A stretch of DNA of 64,000 nt from Spirochaetia bacterium. GTDB lineage: Bacteria > Spirochaetota > Spirochaetia > SZUA-6 > Bin103. Numbering within the stretch: position 1 is the first letter of the stretch; every line of letters begins with the position of its first letter. Made by a program: the position numbers and the translations under genes. A model generated the notes under the pieces. The model did no database searches. It was not told where the DNA came from and saw only the letters and a list, made by a program, of their open reading frames with translations. Shown here one piece after another: positions 59,690 to 64,000 of this stretch. Location: NCBI GenBank assembly GCA_965203905.1, contig CBDBDQ010000005.1, positions 576,001 to 640,000 on the forward strand. Reading direction: 5' to 3'.

Positions 59690-61426
59690 GTGCAGCGTTT
59701 CACGGTTTCTCGCGACGACCGCTATCACGAGGCGTGGCCGAGCATCTGCGTGGCCGCCGACGGCAACTTGGTGTGCTGCTACGCGGAGGCGGACCGCCAC
59801 GGCGGGGGGGCGGTGCCCAGCGCCGTGGTGCGCATCAGTGACGACGAAGGGGTCACCTGGTCGCAGCCGATCGTGGTCGGCACCCTCATGGATCGTCCGG
59901 CGTCGGGCTACTTCATGTGCCGCTCGATCGTCCGGCTGCTCGACGGCACGCTGCTGCTGGCGGCGGACTGGAACAGGACCGAGTCGATCGCCGGTCCGTC
60001 CGAGCGCTGGTACGCCCATCGCGGCCTGCCGTGGAACTGGACCTTCGACCCGGACAGCGGTCCGCTCAGCGAGGCGTGGCTGTATCGCAGCCTCGATCAC
60101 GGCCGCACCTGGAGCGGTCCCGAGAAGACCGGCTGCCTTACCACCAGCCTCAACCTGAGGCAGATCGGCGACGGCACGCTGTTCCTTTCCGGCGGCCACT
60201 TCCGGACAGCGGGCGAGTACGAGGCGCAGGTGCTGTACCGCTCCGAGGACGCCGGGCGTACCTGGTCGGAACCGATCACGGTGGTGGATGACCGCCGCCT
60301 CCTCTGCTCGGAGGGCGACCTGGTGGAGATGCCGGACGGCACCCTGGTGCTGTACATCCGCTGCGACAACAACCCCGCCCGGACCGGCATGAAGGCGTTC
60401 TCCAGCGACGGCGGCAGAAGCTGGGACGGGCCCTACGCCGCGGGGTACTGGCCGATCATCGGGCGCGTCAACGCCGGCCTGCTGTCCAGCGGCGAGGTGC
60501 TGGTGGTGCACCGCATGGGCGGCTTCGCGCCGCAGCATTGGTTCGGTTACTTCATCGAGGACCGGGAGACGGCGCTGGCGCGTCCACCCAACCTGCCCGC
60601 CACGCGCCGCAACCCGCCCGCCACGGTCTGGGGCACGATCGACAACGACACCAGCCCGCACGCCGACCACGGCTACGGCGACTGGGTGGAGCTGCCAGGC
60701 GGCGACGTCTACGTGGTGAACTACCTGGTCGACGACGCGCCCGTGGACCGGCCGCAGATCCGCGGTTACCGCATTCCCCGCGACGAGCTGTTCTTCCCGC
60801 GGCGCAACCGGAAGATCGATTTCACACCGCCGCACTACCGCCGCGGCAAGCTGGCCGGACAGGCGGGATGGGTGCGCCAGATTCCCGCCCTGTGGGGCAC
60901 CACCGAATGGCTGGAACGGGTGGACTACGGCCCGCTGGGCAACTACGTGGTGATCGACGGCGAGCGGATGACCGGATCGCGCAACCTCGGCGGCAACGAG
61001 GAGGTGGTGCGCCTGGACGTGGGCCCCTACGACCTGGAGCGCGAGACGGTCGCGCTCACCCTGGTGCATCGCGGCCGGCAGCGGGTGGCCATCGTGCGCC
61101 TGGCCGACCAGGACGCCAACACCATCGTCGAGTTGCGTAGCGACTCGGTGTACGACGACCTGTGGTTGCGCGACTGCCGCAGCGTCCCGCACCGGTCCGG
61201 CATCGCCGCCGGCACGGGGTGGTGGCGCAGCATCATCCGCCTGGCCGGCGGCACCGTGACGGTGGCCACCGGAACCGAGGACGACCCCGTGGCCGAACCA
61301 TGGGCGACCGTCGTGTCGGACGACACCTACCCGCATCACGCGGCGCTGGCCGCGATCGTGGTCGCCCTGGGGGACGCGGGCGGCTTCTACGTGGACAGCA
61401 TCGCCATCGAAGCGACCACGGGGTAA
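59690..61426 (+). CDS. Asp-box (BNR) sialidase-family protein
   Basis: SDDEGVTWS, SLDHGRTWS, SEDAGRTWS, SSDGGRSWD; DHGYG. Confidence 0.88.
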   Translation: MQRFTVSRDDRYHEAWPSICVAADGNLVCCYAEADRHGGGAVPSAVVRISDDEGVTWSQPIVVGTLMDRPASGYFMCRSIVRLLDGTLLLAADWNRTESIAGPSERWYAHRGLPWNWTFDPDSGPLSEAWLYRSLDHGRTWSGPEKTGCLTTSLNLRQIGDGTLFLSGGHFRTAGEYEAQVLYRSEDAGRTWSEPITVVDDRRLLCSEGDLVEMPDGTLVLYIRCDNNPARTGMKAFSSDGGRSWDGPYAAGYWPIIGRVNAGLLSSGEVLVVHRMGGFAPQHWFGYFIEDRETALARPPNLPATRRNPPATVWGTIDNDTSPHADHGYGDWVELPGGDVYVVNYLVDDAPVDRPQIRGYRIPRDELFFPRRNRKIDFTPPHYRRGKLAGQAGWVRQIPALWGTTEWLERVDYGPLGNYVVIDGERMTGSRNLGGNEEVVRLDVGPYDLERETVALTLVHRGRQRVAIVRLADQDANTIVELRSDSVYDDLWLRDCRSVPHRSGIAAGTGWWRSIIRLAGGTVTVATGTEDDPVAEPWATVVSDDTYPHHAALAAIVVALGDAGGFYVDSIAIEATTG

Positions 61427-61450
61427 ACGAACGCGGCGGTAGGCGGGGCT

Positions 61451-61491
61451 GGGCCGAAAGCGACGCCGGTCGGCGGCGGTTTCGGGGCGCT
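61451..61491. repeat. REP-like hairpin; inverted partner at 62665-62704
   Basis: GGGCCGAAAGCGACGCCGGTCGGCGGCGGTTTCGGGGCGCT; about 37/41 identity to the partner. Confidence 0.75.
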
Positions 61492-62530
61492 ACTCCTGGA
61501 ACACGTGCACCTTGATCGCGCCGCGGTTCTTGTCGGCCGAGATGCGGAACGCCTCGGCGATGTCGTCGAACGGCAGCCGGTGGCTGACCAGCTTGCCGGC
61601 CGCCACGCCGCCCGAGGCAATCAGGTCGATGGCGGCCTCGAAATCGGTCTCCATGCCGCTGTAGCCGTAGCAGTTGGAGCCGGTGACGATCGCCTCCGAC
61701 CACACGATTCGGGTCAGATCGAGGTCGGCGGTGTCGTAGTGACCCGATACCAGCACCACGCGCCCGCGCGGCCGCACCGCGGCCAGGGCGTCGCGCAGGC
61801 AGCCGGCGGCGCCCACCGTTTCGATCACCACGTCCATCCCCACGCCGTCGGTCAGGTCGCTGACGTACTCGCCCAGGTCCCGGCTGCCGACGTCGACCAC
61901 GTGATCGGCGCCCAGGTCGGCCGCGAGCCTTGCCTGCTGGCCGTACTTCACCGTGATCAGCGTCTCGCGCACGCCGACCGCCCGCGCCGCCGCCAGCGCG
62001 AACTGGCCGATGGTGCCGCCGCCGATGATCGCCACCCGGTCGCGGGAGCCGGCTGCGGCCTGCGCCAGCGCCCGCCAGGACACCGCCAGCGGCTCCACCA
62101 GTGCCCCTTCATCGTAGCTCATGCTGGCCGGCAGCTTGAACAGCCCCGAGGCGTGCACGGCGGTGAACTCGGCGAAGCCGCCGTGGGTGTTGGGGGAGAC
62201 GCCCTGGCGCTGCAGGCAGTGGTTGTACTGGCCGGTGGTGCAGTACCTGCAGCTCCCGCAGTGGGAAAAGCACTCCACCGCCACCGTGTCCCCGATCTCG
62301 AAGCCGCTGACCCCGTCCCCCAGCTCCGCGACGGTGCCGCAGGTCTCGTGGCCCGCGGCCGTGGTGTGCGATTGCTGCCAGGTGCCGAGGTAGGAGTGCA
62401 GGTCGCTGCCGCAGATGCCGGTGCAGCGGGTGTCCAGCAGCACCTGCCCCGGCTCGGGCCGGCTCCGCTCCACCCGCCGTACCTCGATTTCCCCAATGCC
62501 CGTGTAGATCGCCGCCTTCATCGTCGCCAT
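61490..62530 (-). CDS. Zinc-binding alcohol dehydrogenase
   Basis: GICGSDLH, GHE, CGSCRYC..C, EPLAV, GGGTIG. Confidence 0.95.
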   Translation of the reverse strand: MATMKAAIYTGIGEIEVRRVERSRPEPGQVLLDTRCTGICGSDLHSYLGTWQQSHTTAAGHETCGTVAELGDGVSGFEIGDTVAVECFSHCGSCRYCTTGQYNHCLQRQGVSPNTHGGFAEFTAVHASGLFKLPASMSYDEGALVEPLAVSWRALAQAAAGSRDRVAIIGGGTIGQFALAAARAVGVRETLITVKYGQQARLAADLGADHVVDVGSRDLGEYVSDLTDGVGMDVVIETVGAAGCLRDALAAVRPRGRVVLVSGHYDTADLDLTRIVWSEAIVTGSNCYGYSGMETDFEAAIDLIASGGVAAGKLVSHRLPFDDIAEAFRISADKNRGAIKVHVFQE

Positions 62531-62664
62531 CCTCACACCTCCGCCTGCTGGCCCTGTCCGCCGGCTGGCTCCCGGTGCCGGGCCGGCATGCTCGGCATCA
62601 ACCCTAACGCGAGAGGTACGGCCCGGCCAACTGCGGTTGCAGGGCGTGGCGGTTTCGGCGCACA

Positions 62665-62704
62665 AGCGCCCCGAAAGCGCCACCGACGGCGGCGCTTTCG
62701 GCCC
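62665..62704. repeat. REP-like hairpin; inverted partner at 61451-61491
   Basis: AGCGCCCCGAAAGCGCCACCGACGGCGGCGCTTTCGGCCC. Confidence 0.75.
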
Positions 62705-62762
62705 AACCGGCCTGCATATAGGAGTCTGTCGCAATCCGCCAGACTCCTATAATGGGAGTGGA

Positions 62763-63659
62763 ATGGCAGCAAAACCGAAACGGAGAGTCAGCCAGCGGCC
62801 GCCGAACCGGCTGCAGCGGCAGCCGCCCAGCCTGGTGGGACTGGACATGTCCCCGCGCGTCGGGCACCGGGAGTACGAGGCCAAGCTCAGCCGGCGGCAG
62901 CATGACCTGAAGGAGATCTCGCTCGCTTACCGGGCGCACCAGCGGCGGGCGGCGGTGGTGTTCGAGGGCTGGGACGCCGCCGGCAAGGGTGGCATCATCC
63001 GGCGGCTGGGGTGGCCGCTCGATCCGCGCGGCTTCAAGGTGTGGCCGATCGCCGCCCCCGGTCCCGAGGAACTGGGCCAGCCGTACCTGTACCGATTCTG
63101 GCGCCGCCTGCCCTACCCGGGGCAGCTCGTGGTGTTCGACCGCTCCTGGTACGGCCGGGTGCTGGTGGAACGGGTCGAGGGATTCGCCAGCGAAGCGGAG
63201 TGGCGCCGCGCCTACGCCGAGATCAACGACTTCGAGCGGCTGCTCGCCGACGACGGTATCCGCTTGGTGAAGATCTTCCTGCACATCACGCCGCAGGAGC
63301 AGCTCAAGCGCTTCCGCTCCCGCCTGAACGATCCTCTCAAGCGCTGGAAGCTGTCGCCGGAGGACCTGCGCAACCGGGCGCGCCGGCCCGACTACGAGGC
63401 TGCCATCGACGACATGTTCCGCAACACCTCGACGGTGGCGCACCCGTGGCGCCTGATAGCCGCCGACGACAAGAAGTATGCCCGTCTCGCGGCGCTCGGG
63501 CTGGTAGCGAAGCAGCTCGCCAAGGGGGTCGACCTGACCCCGGTCGACCTCGACCCCGATTTCGCCCGCCACGCGCGTGCCACCCTGGGTCTGCCCACCG
63601 GTGGCCTCGAAGAAGGCACAGCGCAGCGCGGGCGCGGAGAACGGCACGGCGCCACGTGA
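62763..63659 (+). CDS. ppk2: Polyphosphate kinase 2 family
   Basis: FEGWDAAGKGG, LDPRG, FDRSWYGRVLVERV, WKLSPED. Confidence 0.95.
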   Translation: MAAKPKRRVSQRPPNRLQRQPPSLVGLDMSPRVGHREYEAKLSRRQHDLKEISLAYRAHQRRAAVVFEGWDAAGKGGIIRRLGWPLDPRGFKVWPIAAPGPEELGQPYLYRFWRRLPYPGQLVVFDRSWYGRVLVERVEGFASEAEWRRAYAEINDFERLLADDGIRLVKIFLHITPQEQLKRFRSRLNDPLKRWKLSPEDLRNRARRPDYEAAIDDMFRNTSTVAHPWRLIAADDKKYARLAALGLVAKQLAKGVDLTPVDLDPDFARHARATLGLPTGGLEEGTAQRGRGERHGAT

Positions 63660-64000
63660 GCGGCCTCCCGGAGCTGTACGTATCGGACGTGGATCATACG
63701 CTGCTGGACGGCGCCGGAGTGTTGTCGGACCACAGCCGAGTGACGCTGAACCGGCTCCTCGCGCAGGGCCTCCGGTTCACCGTGGCCAGTGCCCGGAGCT
63801 GTGCCTCGCTACGCTCCCTGCTGGCGGGCCTGGAGCTGTCGCTCCCGATCATCGATTTCAACGGCGCATTCGTGTCGGACCTGGCCACCGGGCGCCACCA
63901 CCTGGTGCACGCCCTGGCGCCGGCGGTGGCCGCCGACCTGTGGGCGCTGTTGCAGGCCGGCGGCCACGTCCCGTTCGTCTCGACCTTCGACGGCAACGCC
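63656..64000 (+). CDS. Cof-type HAD-IIB hydrolase, partial
   Basis: YVSDVDHTLL, FTVASARS, PIIDFNGA; GTGA overlap with ppk2; runs off the window. Confidence 0.85.
   Translation, partial: MSGLPELYVSDVDHTLLDGAGVLSDHSRVTLNRLLAQGLRFTVASARSCASLRSLLAGLELSLPIIDFNGAFVSDLATGRHHLVHALAPAVAADLWALLQAGGHVPFVSTFDGNA

Noticed and set aside
1-64000. Many long antisense or alternate-frame ORFs; rRNA/tRNA genes
   Set aside because: Shadow ORFs are expected at high GC; no tRNA or rRNA signature was noticed by eye

Overview
GC-rich bacterial chromosomal window. The core genes are a thioesterase, ppc, an epimerase, a MoxR-DUF58-transglutaminase-PQQ-propeller cluster, bshB1, an SDR, GH88, GH51, oxidoreductases, ABC exporters, an Asp-box sialidase-like protein, a Zn-ADH and ppk2. 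They are interleaved with small accessory modules and gene debris: a hypothetical+HEPN pair, a 3-gene module ending in a ComEC-type MBL nuclease, an AbiE pair with a crippled toxin, three PIN toxin-antitoxin pairs, a collagen-trypsin lipoprotein and a ~13 kb cassette-like stretch of GNAT/methyltransferase/HAD/NUDIX/DMT genes. Three structures are not explained by the ORF track. (1) A complete 4157-bp IS21 element (6-bp TSD TCAAGC) carries a ~340-bp x4 tandem array with an invariant core, and sits exactly at the maturase stop codon of a group II intron 3' remnant. (2) There are several orphan group II intron 3' ends (domain V/VI), three of them stacked head-to-tail at 36.9-37.1 kb. (3) Cargo genes are repeatedly flanked by degenerate 90-330 bp copies of neighbouring gene ends, without an integrase or convincing attC sites. 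All calls come from reading motifs and aligning by eye; no database searches were run.
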